Assembly: GCA_963664815.2 (NCBI GenBank)
Contig: CAXXHB010000003.1
Coordinates: 448,001 to 512,000 of the forward strand
Reading direction: 5' to 3'
Length of the DNA stretch: 64,000 nt
DNA from: Spirochaetota bacterium
GTDB lineage: Bacteria > Spirochaetota > UBA4802 > UBA5550
The translations under genes were made by a program, and so were the position numbers. Below, one piece after another: positions 18,699 through 28,941 of the stretch. Every line of letters begins with the position of its first letter. The stretch's first letter is position 1. The notes under the pieces were generated by a model. The model searched no databases, was not told where the DNA came from, and was given only the letters and a program-made list of their open reading frames with translations.

Positions 18699-20285
18699 TT
18701 ACCTGTCCCACCATTTTTTCTTCATCTTCATGTCTTCAGCTATAACCTGAACCGCATTATAGCCGCAGGCGCCGCCTATGCTTCCGCTGGGATGTGTCGA
18801 TGCTCCGCACATGTAAAGATTCTTATAGGGTGTTCTGTATGGAGCATATTCCACAAAGGGTCTGAACACGGTCATCTGATCCTGTGTCATCTGTCCGTGA
18901 TTAAAGCCGCCGTGAATCATGGAAGTCCACTTCCGCTCTGTATCGCGCGGTGACATGATATATGTTTTAAGAAGTGCCTTATCCATGTTAGTGACATACT
19001 GTCCCCACACCCTGATGCATCTTTCTGCGAATTCAGCCTTAACTTCGTCCCATTCGTCCGGACCTTTATCCTTCAGTTTATAAGGGACATACTGCCATCC
19101 TATAGCTGTGGCCTTCCCGGCCGGGGCCTGTGACGGGTCAACTGCTGCGGGGTAAGCGGTGAACATGCGCGGGTATGAAGGGAGCTGCTGCATATTGATC
19201 TCTGCAAAATCATTATAAAGCTCCTGCGGATTATCAACAAGTAAAACTCCAAGGCACCTGTTGATATCCGGATTAAAATCAGCACATTTCCATTTCAGCG
19301 GTTCATCAAGGGCCAGATGTGTAGTAAAAAGAACAGTGTCTTCGGCTCTCCAGCGCTCTACAGATCTTTTGAAATCGTGGGGGAGAGTGCTTTCACCAAT
19401 AAGATCTATGAAAGTGGTGTGAGGTTCAAGGTTGGTAATAACAAGTTTATCAGCTTTAATAACAGTACCATCCGCAAGCTCAACACCAGTTGCAATGTCT
19501 TTCTCGACCAGTATCCTTTTTACATGGGCATTGGTCATGACCTTTCCGCCATTATCCTCGAGGCATCTTACAAAAGCCTCTCCGAGATTTCCGGATCCAC
19601 CCCTGCAAATTGTCCAGCCGTGGGGATCATGTGTTTCGCCAAGCATCATCGGCACAAACACTCCAAACCCGAGAGTATCCGGCGCTCCGCCAAACTCCTT
19701 GATAAATGCGAGGAGAAGTGATTTCAGTTCGTTTGATTCGAAGAGTTCCTCAATGACATTTTTCGGGCTTGAAAGCTGCATCCTGAGCATATTAAGCCCC
19801 TCGACACTCCCCTCCATGGCCGTTGCAGCAAGTGAATTCGGCTGGGGAGGATTGAAGAACCATGGGCCTATCATGTTGTCAACAAGCACCCGGAAGTTCA
19901 TTGCAAGCTCTCTGTAAGTCACCGCATCCTTCGCAGAAAAACGTGCAATCTCCGCGCAGGTTTTGTCAATATCCCTGTACAGTACCAGGCATTTCCCGTT
20001 GGTAAATACCGCTCCGACCTGCGCATCAGGCCAGATATACTCTGCCCCGTACTTCTCAAGCTGAAGATCCCTGTATACAGGACCCATGTGAAGTATTCCG
20101 TGGAAGAGTGAAGCAAGATTGTGTTTAAAGCCCGGGAGTGTTGCTTCTTCTGTCCATGCTCCGCCCCCCGCTTTGGGGAGACGTTCAACAACAAGAACCC
20201 TGTAGCCCGCCTTTTGAAGATAGCATGCAGCCGTTAACCCGTTATGACCTCCGCCGACTACTATTACATCATAATTTTCAGACAT
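18699..20285 (-). CDS. Phytoene desaturase-like FAD/NAD(P) oxidoreductase
   Basis: GGGHNGL..A FAD-binding motif, TLPGFKHN and LYMCGASTHP.G...GACGYNA. Confidence 0.9.
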   Translation of the reverse strand: MSENYDVIVVGGGHNGLTAACYLQKAGYRVLVVERLPKAGGGAWTEEATLPGFKHNLASLFHGILHMGPVYRDLQLEKYGAEYIWPDAQVGAVFTNGKCLVLYRDIDKTCAEIARFSAKDAVTYRELAMNFRVLVDNMIGPWFFNPPQPNSLAATAMEGSVEGLNMLRMQLSSPKNVIEELFESNELKSLLLAFIKEFGGAPDTLGFGVFVPMMLGETHDPHGWTICRGGSGNLGEAFVRCLEDNGGKVMTNAHVKRILVEKDIATGVELADGTVIKADKLVITNLEPHTTFIDLIGESTLPHDFKRSVERWRAEDTVLFTTHLALDEPLKWKCADFNPDINRCLGVLLVDNPQELYNDFAEINMQQLPSYPRMFTAYPAAVDPSQAPAGKATAIGWQYVPYKLKDKGPDEWDEVKAEFAERCIRVWGQYVTNMDKALLKTYIMSPRDTERKWTSMIHGGFNHGQMTQDQMTVFRPFVEYAPYRTPYKNLYMCGASTHPSGSIGGACGYNAVQVIAEDMKMKKKWWDR

Positions 20286-20365
20286 AGATTTACTCCTTAT
20301 TTTATCTGATGATTTTTTATGAGTCTGACTATGGCTTATTATATATCTGAAGAATTAATATGACT

Positions 20366-20381
20366 TCACCCGGACGGGTGA
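20366..20381. promoter_or_regulatory. Palindrome TCACCC-N4-GGGTGA, putative LuxR-type operator
   Basis: ~80 bp upstream of the flavoprotein operon, with a second copy at 21690-21705. Confidence 0.6.
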
Positions 20382-20450
20382 CATGAAGAATTTATTGTAT
20401 TTTTTTACAGGGGTGTTTGCCCTTATTTTATAAATGCTGCGGCAGTTTAC

Positions 20451-21524
20451 TTACAGTTTGTTTTTATTTCTCTGCGCCTCCTCAATGAGTCTGTATACCT
20501 TTGAAACAAGCTGAGTCCTTGAATTCACATTCATTTTAAGGAAAAGGTTGTCAAGATGCCTCTTCACTGTGTTGACAGAAATACCCAATTCTGATGCGAT
20601 CTCCTTATTCTGCATACCTCTTTCAACGAACTGCAGAACTTCAACCTCCCTGTTTGAAAGAACTCCCCTGAACCTGGAAAACCCTGCAGGCTGCTGCATC
20701 TCCTCAAGAATAACGAGAGACTGCCCCACTTTAGAGCCAGGGATGGGGCAATATCCTGCGCTTAAATTATCAGCGTATGTTCTGCCTGATTCCCCCTGTT
20801 CTTTATGCCCTTTACTGAGTAAAAGTTTCAGATTCCCTGACGGATCATCTCTGCCAAGCGTACGCTCCGCAATAATCCTTGCGGCACTGTTTGCATACTG
20901 AGGGGAGTAGTCTGAATCAGTAATTATTATCCCCTGCCGCACCTGATCCATTTCATTACAAAACCGCTTTCTGAAATCTGATTTTTTACTATATGTGAGA
21001 GAATCTGAAACAGAGAGGCTCATAAACCGGCTGATTATTGAAACCGCCTTAAGATCGGTTTCGTTAAAAGCCCCTTCACCGACCTCTCTGCCGAAATTGA
21101 GAGTGCCTATAATATCCTGTCCGAAAATGAGAGGAGACTGCATTGCAAAATCGATAGACGCTGTTTTTACTATATTGTATACCGGATGATGCCGCCACCC
21201 CTCAAGCCCCAGAAGCGTCTGAGACTGGTATGGAGCTCTTATTTTTGTTATCCAGCCTCTCAGGGGGTCTACATCCCTTCCTTCGGCTTCATAATATTTT
21301 ATAAAATCCACATCAACGCCGCTTGCTGTAATACGGACCGGTTTTTTCTTTTCCGGTTTAAAAAAATAGAGCGCTGTTGCATGTGCCGGTATAAGGCGTG
21401 ATATTGAATTAAGATATTTACCCTCAAGCTCCTCAAGGGTTAAAGGAGAAAGTAAAGATGATATTATTTCTTCCAGAGAAGCCAGTACATCAAACTGATT
21501 TGAACTGTTAACTTTAAAATCCAT
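20451..21524 (-). CDS. GAF-domain LuxR-family transcriptional regulator
   Basis: GAF-like N-terminus (IIGTLNFGR, FNETD) and a C-terminal LSNREVEVL...NKEIASELGISVNTVKRHL HTH. Confidence 0.92.
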   Translation of the reverse strand: MDFKVNSSNQFDVLASLEEIISSLLSPLTLEELEGKYLNSISRLIPAHATALYFFKPEKKKPVRITASGVDVDFIKYYEAEGRDVDPLRGWITKIRAPYQSQTLLGLEGWRHHPVYNIVKTASIDFAMQSPLIFGQDIIGTLNFGREVGEGAFNETDLKAVSIISRFMSLSVSDSLTYSKKSDFRKRFCNEMDQVRQGIIITDSDYSPQYANSAARIIAERTLGRDDPSGNLKLLLSKGHKEQGESGRTYADNLSAGYCPIPGSKVGQSLVILEEMQQPAGFSRFRGVLSNREVEVLQFVERGMQNKEIASELGISVNTVKRHLDNLFLKMNVNSRTQLVSKVYRLIEEAQRNKNKL

Positions 21525-21681
21525 CCATCCCTCCCTGAAGCATTTGATGAATGCTTATAGATTCTTATTTAATTGTGTAAAATACTACTGTTTTTTTAAG
21601 TAAAATAATAAAATTTAATATGATAATGGTGTCTGTATTTTCAGAGATCACCTCCTGATCATAATAACACACGGGCACCGG

Positions 21682-21713
21682 TTTTAACATCACCCATCCG
21701 GGTGATGTTAAAA
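21682..21713. promoter_or_regulatory. 32-bp palindrome containing TCACCC-N4-GGGTGA
   Basis: TTTTAACATCACCC-ATCC-GGGTGATGTTAAAA between the divergent luxR and hybrid sensor 1. Confidence 0.6.
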
Positions 21714-21783
21714 TTTATTTAACAAGCTCACTTAAGCTTAAAAATTATTGACATTTCGGTTAAAAAAGTTTTTAACAGGCGAC

Positions 21784-24639
21784 ATGCGGTTATTTCATCC
21801 CATAAAACAGCCTGAACATGTTTTCATGGCCATCTGCTGCCTGGCGCTGCTCATGTTTACGGCATGCGGAGATAACAGCGGGAAAAAGAGGCTTCCCCCT
21901 GCAGAGAGGGGGGTAATTGACCTGAGAAACCTGGATTTTCAGAGGGATGGTCCGGTAAACCTTGACGGGGAGTGGGAGTTTTACCCCGGCTGTCTCTATA
22001 CCCCCGGTGATTTTGCAGGAAATAAAACAGAAAATGCGGTTTTTATAAAAGTACCGGGGATATGGAAAGATATTGCCCCCGGAGGGAATGCTCTTCCGTC
22101 AAAGGGGGAGGGAACGTACCGCCTGAAGATAATCTGCAGCCCGGATGAACAAAAGAAAGTCCTCTCCCTTTACCGTATATACTCGGCTTACAGTGTCTGG
22201 ATAAACGGGGTACATCTCTGTGAAAAGGGGATGGCCGATTCCACATCAAAGAGTGAAAAGAATTATGTATATATCCACAGCAAAACTACAGTGCCCTTCG
22301 TACCGGAAAACGGAATAAATGAAATAGTGCTTCAGGTTGTCAATTACGATCATGAGTCGGGGGGTATAGGGAGACCCCTTGAGCTGCAGAATGAAGAGAC
22401 CATGCTGCATGACAGGTTTGCAAGGCATACGGTGGAGATGATTATAGTGGGGCTGGTGCTCTTTTTTGCGATATCAAACCTGCTGCTCTACTTTTTCCGC
22501 AGCGATGATAAGGCAGCGCTCTATTCTGGTCTATTCTGTCTCTTCACAGCAGTAAACGTCTTTAACCTGAATATACCGATTCTTTCAGGACCGCTATACT
22601 GGCCGCGGAATCCATATCTTTCAAACTTCCTCACCGCTGTCCTTGTGGAACTTTTCAGCATGATATCGATCAGGTCAATTTTTCCTGAGGAGTTTTCAAC
22701 GTATGTCATGCGCTTAATCCAGGTGATCCTCATCCCGTTTTTTATTGTTCTTCCCTTCGTCGATTTCAGAATATCGGAAAAGATGATGCTGGTATTTTTC
22801 ATATTAACTATTTTGTTTCTTACTTACGGAATGTATGTTCTTGTGAAAGCAATAATTAACCGCAGGGATGATGCCATTCTCTTTTTTATCGGTTTTGCAC
22901 CGGCCTATGCAGGGGGTATCAATGATGCCTTTTACGCCTTGTGGATTCTCAAAACCTCAAATGTTTTCCATTACGGAGCAACTATATTATGTATTACTAT
23001 AACTTTTATAATTGCACGCCGTTTTTCCAGAACCATGCAGAGGCTTTCAGACGATCTTATTGAAAAGAACATCTCCCTTGAGAAGCTTGACAGAATCAAG
23101 GATCAGCTCCTGGCCAATACCTCACATGAGCTGCGCACCCCCCTTCACGGTATTATAGGTCTTTCCGAAACAATGCTTGACGGCACGGCGGGCAGCCTGT
23201 CACCCGGGGCGCGTGAGAACCTCTCCCTTATAGCATCCAGCGGGCACAGGCTTGCAAACATGGTTAACGACCTGCTGGACATGGCAATGATTCAGGATAA
23301 GGGGATTAACCTGAATCTTCGCGCCCTTAACATCTGTGCCTTAAGCGATATGGTGGTGAAGCTTTCACTCCCCCTGGTCGGCGGCAAGCCGGTTGAAATT
23401 ATAAACAGCATATCTGCCGGTATACCTCCTGTACTTGCCGATGAAGACCGGATACGGCAGGTGCTGCACAACCTTGTGGGTAATGCAATCAAGTTTACGG
23501 CCAGCGGAGTAATTGAATTGTCCTCCAGGGTAATTCCCCCTGACGATGAAACTGGCGAAAGCGGTATTGTTGAGATCAGCGTATCCGATACCGGGATAGG
23601 TGTTCCGGCTGAGTACAGGGAGAGTATATTCGAGGTGTACAGCCAGGTTGATACGGGTGATACACGGTCATACTCCGGTACTGGGCTGGGGCTTGCAATT
23701 GCGAAGCAGATAATTGAACTGCACGGCGGAACCATAAGGGTTGCGCCCGGGATGGAATGCGGCTCGGTATTTACATTTTCTCTTCCGGTATCGGAGACCC
23801 TCACTGCGGAGGATGCAGGCGAGGTTATAATTGAGAGTATGAATGACATGTCTGCAGGGGTCGGCATGGTGAATAACCATGCCTCTGCAGCGGGGCCGGG
23901 AGATGATGCTTTCGCCGGGAACCCTGTGCTGCTGGTTGTGGATGATGACCCTGTTAATATACGGCTTCTTCAGAACTGCCTGGAGCCAAGGAATTGCGTG
24001 GTCAAAACGGCAACTGACGGGGCCGGCGCTCTCGAGATACTGGAGAGGGACGGCACCATAGACCTTGTGCTCCTTGATATCATGATGCCGGTGATGTCAG
24101 GTTACGAGGTGTGCCGGAGGATACGCATGAGACGGTCGCCGGAGGAGCTGCCGGTTATTATGCTGACCGCGAAAAACATGATGTCGGATATAGATGCAGC
24201 CTTCGATGCAGGTGCAAATGACTACATAGTAAAACCATTTCATCTGAGTGAACTCCTTGTCCGGTCAGCCTCAATGTTAAAACTCAGAAGAGTCAAAAAG
24301 TCAGCTGCAAGCGGTATATCCATACACAGCAGGGGAACTGTGCATTCATTCACATTCAGCGAGATAATATATGTTACCTCCAGTGCAAAGAACATAATAA
24401 TCCATGCAGTTGACGCCGATACAGAACTCCCGGTGATGATGAAGGATATAGCTGACCGCCTCCCCCCTGACATGTTTGTCAGGATCCATAAATGTCACAT
24501 TATCAACATAAGGTTTATCCGCTCATTGAACCATGTAATATCAGGACGTTACCGGGTATTGCTTCGCGACGAGGATGACACATATTTACCCGTCGGGCCG
24601 GCATTTCTTGAGTCACTCAGAAAAAAAATTCAGATATGA
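21784..24639 (+). CDS. Hybrid sensor kinase/response regulator 1 (7TM-DISM, HisKA, HATPase, REC, LytTR)
   Basis: LDGEWEFY sugar-binding-like domain, a 7TM block, TSHELRTPLH, NLVGNAIKF, DTGIG, GTGLGL, LLDIMMP and FVRIHKCHIIN. The TTG at 21748 is part of a TTGACA -35, so the ATG at 21784 is preferred. Confidence 0.92.
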   Translation: MRLFHPIKQPEHVFMAICCLALLMFTACGDNSGKKRLPPAERGVIDLRNLDFQRDGPVNLDGEWEFYPGCLYTPGDFAGNKTENAVFIKVPGIWKDIAPGGNALPSKGEGTYRLKIICSPDEQKKVLSLYRIYSAYSVWINGVHLCEKGMADSTSKSEKNYVYIHSKTTVPFVPENGINEIVLQVVNYDHESGGIGRPLELQNEETMLHDRFARHTVEMIIVGLVLFFAISNLLLYFFRSDDKAALYSGLFCLFTAVNVFNLNIPILSGPLYWPRNPYLSNFLTAVLVELFSMISIRSIFPEEFSTYVMRLIQVILIPFFIVLPFVDFRISEKMMLVFFILTILFLTYGMYVLVKAIINRRDDAILFFIGFAPAYAGGINDAFYALWILKTSNVFHYGATILCITITFIIARRFSRTMQRLSDDLIEKNISLEKLDRIKDQLLANTSHELRTPLHGIIGLSETMLDGTAGSLSPGARENLSLIASSGHRLANMVNDLLDMAMIQDKGINLNLRALNICALSDMVVKLSLPLVGGKPVEIINSISAGIPPVLADEDRIRQVLHNLVGNAIKFTASGVIELSSRVIPPDDETGESGIVEISVSDTGIGVPAEYRESIFEVYSQVDTGDTRSYSGTGLGLAIAKQIIELHGGTIRVAPGMECGSVFTFSLPVSETLTAEDAGEVIIESMNDMSAGVGMVNNHASAAGPGDDAFAGNPVLLVVDDDPVNIRLLQNCLEPRNCVVKTATDGAGALEILERDGTIDLVLLDIMMPVMSGYEVCRRIRMRRSPEELPVIMLTAKNMMSDIDAAFDAGANDYIVKPFHLSELLVRSASMLKLRRVKKSAASGISIHSRGTVHSFTFSEIIYVTSSAKNIIIHAVDADTELPVMMKDIADRLPPDMFVRIHKCHIINIRFIRSLNHVISGRYRVLLRDEDDTYLPVGPAFLESLRKKIQI

Positions 24640-24688
24640 CGCACAGTTCATTCCCCCGGAAGAACAGTTTATTCCGGCGCCATTGACA
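24639..24688 (+). promoter_or_regulatory. LytTR-type direct repeat plus -35 (promoter A)
   Basis: ACGCACAGTTCATTCC...GAACAGTTTATTCC (ACAGTT at 24643 and 24664), followed by CATTGACA. Confidence 0.8.
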
Positions 24689-24749
24689 GAACAGCCTGCA
24701 GGATGGTAAGTAGTTACTGTTAGAAAAAGCGTAGTAACTGGCAGGGTGT

Positions 24750-27671
24750 ATGTATAACCTCGGTATTAGGAAACTCTTTCCCGGCTTCATCTGCCCCTCT
24801 GTTATAAAAACCGGAGTGCGGTTATTTCATTCCATAAAACAGCCTGAACATGTTTTCATGGCCATCTGCTGCCTGGCGCTGCTCCTGTTTACGGCATGCG
24901 GAGATAAAAGCGGGAAAAAGAGGCTCCCCTGTGCAGAGAGGGGGGTAATTGACCTGAGAAACCTGGATTTTCAGAGGAATGGTTCGGTAAACCTTGACGG
25001 GGAGTGGGAGTTCTGCCCCGGCCGTCTCTATACCCCCGGTGATTTTGCGGGAAATAAAACAGAAAATTCGGTTTTTATAAAAGTACCGGGGATGTGGAAA
25101 GATATTACCCCCGGAGGGAATGCTCTTCCGTCAAAGGGGGAGGGAACATACCGCCTGAAGATAATCTGCAGCCCGGATGAACAAAAGAAAGTCATCTCCC
25201 TCTACCGCATCTACTCGGCTTACAGTGTCTGGATAAACGGGGTACATCTCTGTGAAAAGGGGATGGCCGATTCCACCTCAAAGAGTGAAAAGAATTATGT
25301 ATATATCCACAGCAAAACTACAGTGCCCTTCGTACCGGAAAACGGAATAAATGAAATAGTGCTTCAGGTTGTCAATTACGATCATGAGTCGGGGGGTATA
25401 GGGAGACCCCTTGAGCTGCAGAATGAAGAGACCATGCTGCATGACAGGTTTGTAAGGCATACGGTGGAGATGATCATAGTGGGGCTGGTGCTCTTTTTTG
25501 CGATATCAAACCTGCTGCTCTACTTTTTCCGCAGTGATGATAAGGCAGCGCTCTATTCCGGTCTATTCTGTCTCTTCACGGCAGTAAACGTCTTTAACCT
25601 GAATATACCGATACTTTCAGGACCGCTATACTGGACGCGGAATCCCTATATTATTAATTTTGAATCTGTTATCCTTATAGTATTTTTCAACCTTATGTCA
25701 CTCAGAACTATTTTCCCTGATGAATTCTCAACATATATCCTGTACTTCCTTCAGGCAATGCTGCTCCTTTTTTTTGCCGTTCTTCCATTTATCGATTTCG
25801 GAACATCGGAAAAAGTGATGCCGGTCTTTTTCATATTATCACTCTTCTCTCTTACTTACGGACTGTATATTCTTGTGAAAGCAATAATTAACCGCAGGGA
25901 TGACGCCATTCTCTTTTTAACCGGTTTTGCACCGGCATATGCAGGTGGCATAAACGATGCACTGTATGCTCTGTGGATTTTCAAAACCACAAACCTCTAT
26001 CATTACGGGGGGACTGTATTATGTATTATTGTGACCTTTATAGTCGCACGCCGCTTTTCCAGAACCATGCAGAGGCTTTCAGACGATCTTATTGTAAAAA
26101 ATATCTCCCTTGAGAAACTTGACAGGATCAAGGATCAGCTTCTGGCCAATACCTCGCACGAGCTGCGCACCCCGCTTCACGGGATTATAGGCCTTTCCGA
26201 AACAATGCTTGACGGCACGGCTGGCAGCCTGTCACCCGTGGCGCGTGAGAACCTCTCCCTTATAGCATCCAGCGGGCACAGGCTTGCGAATATGGTTAAC
26301 GATCTGCTTGATATGGCCAGAATACAGAGCAGGGGATTTGACCTGAATATCCGCAGTGTTGATCTTTTTACTCTCAGTGAAACCATAGTAAAGCTTTCAC
26401 TCCCGCTGACAGGGGATAGGCCGGTTGAAATCATAAACAGCATCAGTCCCGAAACGCCGCCGGTACATGCCGATGAAAACCGTATAAAACAGGTGCTGCA
26501 TAACCTTGTGGGCAATGCAGTGAAGTTCACGCTGAAAGGGAAGATTGAGCTCTCGGCGGCGGTTATCTCTCCTGATGAATGTGTGGATGGAAGAGGTTTT
26601 GTTGAAGTCAGTATATCCGATACCGGGATCGGGGTTCCGGCAGAGCACCGGGAGAGTATATTCGAGGCATACAGCCAGGTTGATACAGGTGATACGCGTT
26701 CATACTCCGGTACGGGACTTGGGCTTTCAATTGCGAAGCAGATAGTTGAACTGCATGGCGGAACAATAAAAGTTATTCCGGGGATTGGATGCGGTTCGGT
26801 ATTTATATTCTCTCTCCCCCTTGCTGTGAATATTTCCGGGAAGAAAGATGCGGCGGCAGCAGCTGAAGGCATAAATGATCTGCCGCCGGAAAGTGATCCC
26901 GTGTATATAAACAGCCGGACTGACGGGTCAATTAATGGCTTCAGCGGTCTGAACTCTGTGATACTTATCGTGGATGATGATCCGGTGAATGTAAGGATGC
27001 TGAAAAAGCTGTTTGAATCAAAAAACTGCATGGTAAAGAGCGCCTTTGACGGAATAAACGCGCTTGAAATTCTGGAGAGAGACGATACCATAGATCTTGT
27101 ACTGCTTGATATAATGATACCGGTAATATCGGGTTACGAGGTGTGCAGGAGGATACGCATAAGACGGTCGCCGGAAGAACTTCCGGTTATTATGCTGACC
27201 GCAAAAAATATGATGTCTGACATAGATGCAGCCTTCAATGCCGGAGCAAATGACTACATAGTGAAGCCGTTTCGTTTAAGTGAACTGCTGGCCCGCTCTG
27301 CCTCAATGATAAAACTCAGGAAGGTCAGAAAGACCGCTGCAGCCAGTATATCCATACAGAGCAGGGGTACTGTATATACATTCACATTTGACGAGATAGT
27401 CTATATTACCTCATCTGCAAAGAATATCATAGTTCATACAGTTGACGCTGATACCGTCCTCAACGTTATGATGAAAGATATGGCTGACCGGCTTCCATCC
27501 GACATGTTTTTCAGGATTCATAAAAGCCATATTGTCAACATAAGATATATAAGCAGATTAAAACATGTTATATCCGGGCGTTACCGGGTATATCTTTGCG
27601 ATGTGGATAACACGGAATTGCCGGTCGGCCCGGCATTTCTTGAATCCCTCAGAAAAAAAATTCAGAAATGA
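24750..27671 (+). CDS. Hybrid sensor kinase/response regulator 2 (tandem paralog)
   Basis: Same domain order and motifs as 21784-24639. The true start may be the GTG at ~24816. Confidence 0.92.
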   Translation: MYNLGIRKLFPGFICPSVIKTGVRLFHSIKQPEHVFMAICCLALLLFTACGDKSGKKRLPCAERGVIDLRNLDFQRNGSVNLDGEWEFCPGRLYTPGDFAGNKTENSVFIKVPGMWKDITPGGNALPSKGEGTYRLKIICSPDEQKKVISLYRIYSAYSVWINGVHLCEKGMADSTSKSEKNYVYIHSKTTVPFVPENGINEIVLQVVNYDHESGGIGRPLELQNEETMLHDRFVRHTVEMIIVGLVLFFAISNLLLYFFRSDDKAALYSGLFCLFTAVNVFNLNIPILSGPLYWTRNPYIINFESVILIVFFNLMSLRTIFPDEFSTYILYFLQAMLLLFFAVLPFIDFGTSEKVMPVFFILSLFSLTYGLYILVKAIINRRDDAILFLTGFAPAYAGGINDALYALWIFKTTNLYHYGGTVLCIIVTFIVARRFSRTMQRLSDDLIVKNISLEKLDRIKDQLLANTSHELRTPLHGIIGLSETMLDGTAGSLSPVARENLSLIASSGHRLANMVNDLLDMARIQSRGFDLNIRSVDLFTLSETIVKLSLPLTGDRPVEIINSISPETPPVHADENRIKQVLHNLVGNAVKFTLKGKIELSAAVISPDECVDGRGFVEVSISDTGIGVPAEHRESIFEAYSQVDTGDTRSYSGTGLGLSIAKQIVELHGGTIKVIPGIGCGSVFIFSLPLAVNISGKKDAAAAAEGINDLPPESDPVYINSRTDGSINGFSGLNSVILIVDDDPVNVRMLKKLFESKNCMVKSAFDGINALEILERDDTIDLVLLDIMIPVISGYEVCRRIRIRRSPEELPVIMLTAKNMMSDIDAAFNAGANDYIVKPFRLSELLARSASMIKLRKVRKTAAASISIQSRGTVYTFTFDEIVYITSSAKNIIVHTVDADTVLNVMMKDMADRLPSDMFFRIHKSHIVNIRYISRLKHVISGRYRVYLCDVDNTELPVGPAFLESLRKKIQK

Positions 27672-27720
27672 CGCACAGTTCATTCCTCAGGAAGAACAGT
27701 TCATTCCGGCGCCATTGACA
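27671..27720 (+). promoter_or_regulatory. LytTR-type direct repeat plus -35 (promoter B)
   Basis: ACAGTTCATTCC at 27675 and 27696, followed by CATTGACA and AT-rich -10 candidates. Confidence 0.8.
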
Positions 27721-27846
27721 AGCGGAGTTTTATAATATTTATACTATATATGGCTGATGATCATTTTTTAAGAAGCAGTATAACATGGGAAGAGAATCAT
27801 AATAATAAAATGGAAATAATTTGGAAAGAGATGTTGAAAGAGAAGT

Positions 27847-28863
27847 GTGGAAAGAGAAATGAAGATAAAAACCGGTCAGGGGATTATTAAAATAAATATT
27901 AAATTTCTGATAATTATGCTTTCAGGGCTGCTGCTGCTGATTTCATGCTCAGAGCAGAAGGCCTATATCGCATTTTATACCGGCAGTGTGACTATCCGGA
28001 AACCGGGAGGAACGACGGCCGGTGTCCGGGTTAAAGATCGGGTAAATGACGGCGACATATTAAAAACAGGTAAAAAATCGTGCATCATAATACAAAATAC
28101 GGAAGGTCTTATTATAAGGTTTGAGCAGAATACCGAGGCACAGATTATATCATTCAATAATCCAGCTAAAAAGGGGGTTAGCCTTAACAGGGGGAAAGTT
28201 CTCTCAAATGTTTCAAAGCTGAAGAAGGGGGGGGAATATTATGTAAAAACCCCTACAACCGTGGCTTCGGTAAGAGGTACCGAGTTCCTTACAACATTCA
28301 ATGGCAAATATTCAACTGTCGCTGTCGGCGACGGTAAGGTGAGTGTCAAGAAAATAGATGTGAGCGGGAATGAGAATATCGGAAAAAATGAAAAAAATTA
28401 TAGGATCGGGAATATTGATAAGATTGATAAGATTGATAAGATTAAAAAAAACAAAGATAATGAAGAGAAGATTGTAGAGAAGGGATTTACTGCAGTGATC
28501 GGGAAAAAATCCATTGTGAGGTTTAGGAAAACAAACAGGATTGAAAAACTTGAACTTTCGAAGATAAAAAAAACCCCCGGTGTTGAAACAATAGAGAAGA
28601 AAACCACTGAAGAGATGAATGAGATATTTAAGGAAACTGAAAAAAAAGATAAAAAGATAAATGATCAAATAAAAGAGATTACAGGGCTTACCCCCGGCGA
28701 AATGAGGGCCATGTACGGGAGGATAGATACACTCTCGCTGTATGATGGAAGGGTGCTGCAGGGTGTAATAGCCTCCCGGGGGAGTGTATATAAGATATTA
28801 ACACAGTCCGGAATAATGATGGTGGATTCAAAGGATATAAAAGGGACGGAAACGAGGAGATAG
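27847..28863 (+). CDS. FecR-domain lipoprotein (LipL45-like)
   Basis: LLISC lipobox-like motif, GDILKTG, VKTPTTVASVRGTEF and VGDGKV. Confidence 0.8.
   Translation: MEREMKIKTGQGIIKINIKFLIIMLSGLLLLISCSEQKAYIAFYTGSVTIRKPGGTTAGVRVKDRVNDGDILKTGKKSCIIIQNTEGLIIRFEQNTEAQIISFNNPAKKGVSLNRGKVLSNVSKLKKGGEYYVKTPTTVASVRGTEFLTTFNGKYSTVAVGDGKVSVKKIDVSGNENIGKNEKNYRIGNIDKIDKIDKIKKNKDNEEKIVEKGFTAVIGKKSIVRFRKTNRIEKLELSKIKKTPGVETIEKKTTEEMNEIFKETEKKDKKINDQIKEITGLTPGEMRAMYGRIDTLSLYDGRVLQGVIASRGSVYKILTQSGIMMVDSKDIKGTETRR
28413..28443 (+). repeat. 9-bp tandem repeat (ATTGATAAG)x3 within the FecR gene
   Basis: Encodes IDKIDKIDKI. Confidence 0.8.
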
Positions 28864-28941
28864 ACATGTTTACGCCGCTTTTATATACATTTCCGGAAGA
28901 TTATAACCAGGCATGTTGAAGTGAAATAAATTGTCAGGAAA

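Noticed and set aside
18699-20285. crtI / carotenoid biosynthesis call
   Set aside because: Family-level similarity only. There is no crtB or crtE nearby and the context is catabolic.
21748-21783. TTG start for hybrid sensor 1
   Set aside because: The TTG is the start of a TTGACA -35 box. Similarity to paralog 2 begins at the ATG at 21784.
26177-27091. 304-aa antisense ORF, plus similar ones at 23292-23867, 9543-10184 and 58217-58765
   Set aside because: Shadow frames of well-supported genes with no recognisable motifs.
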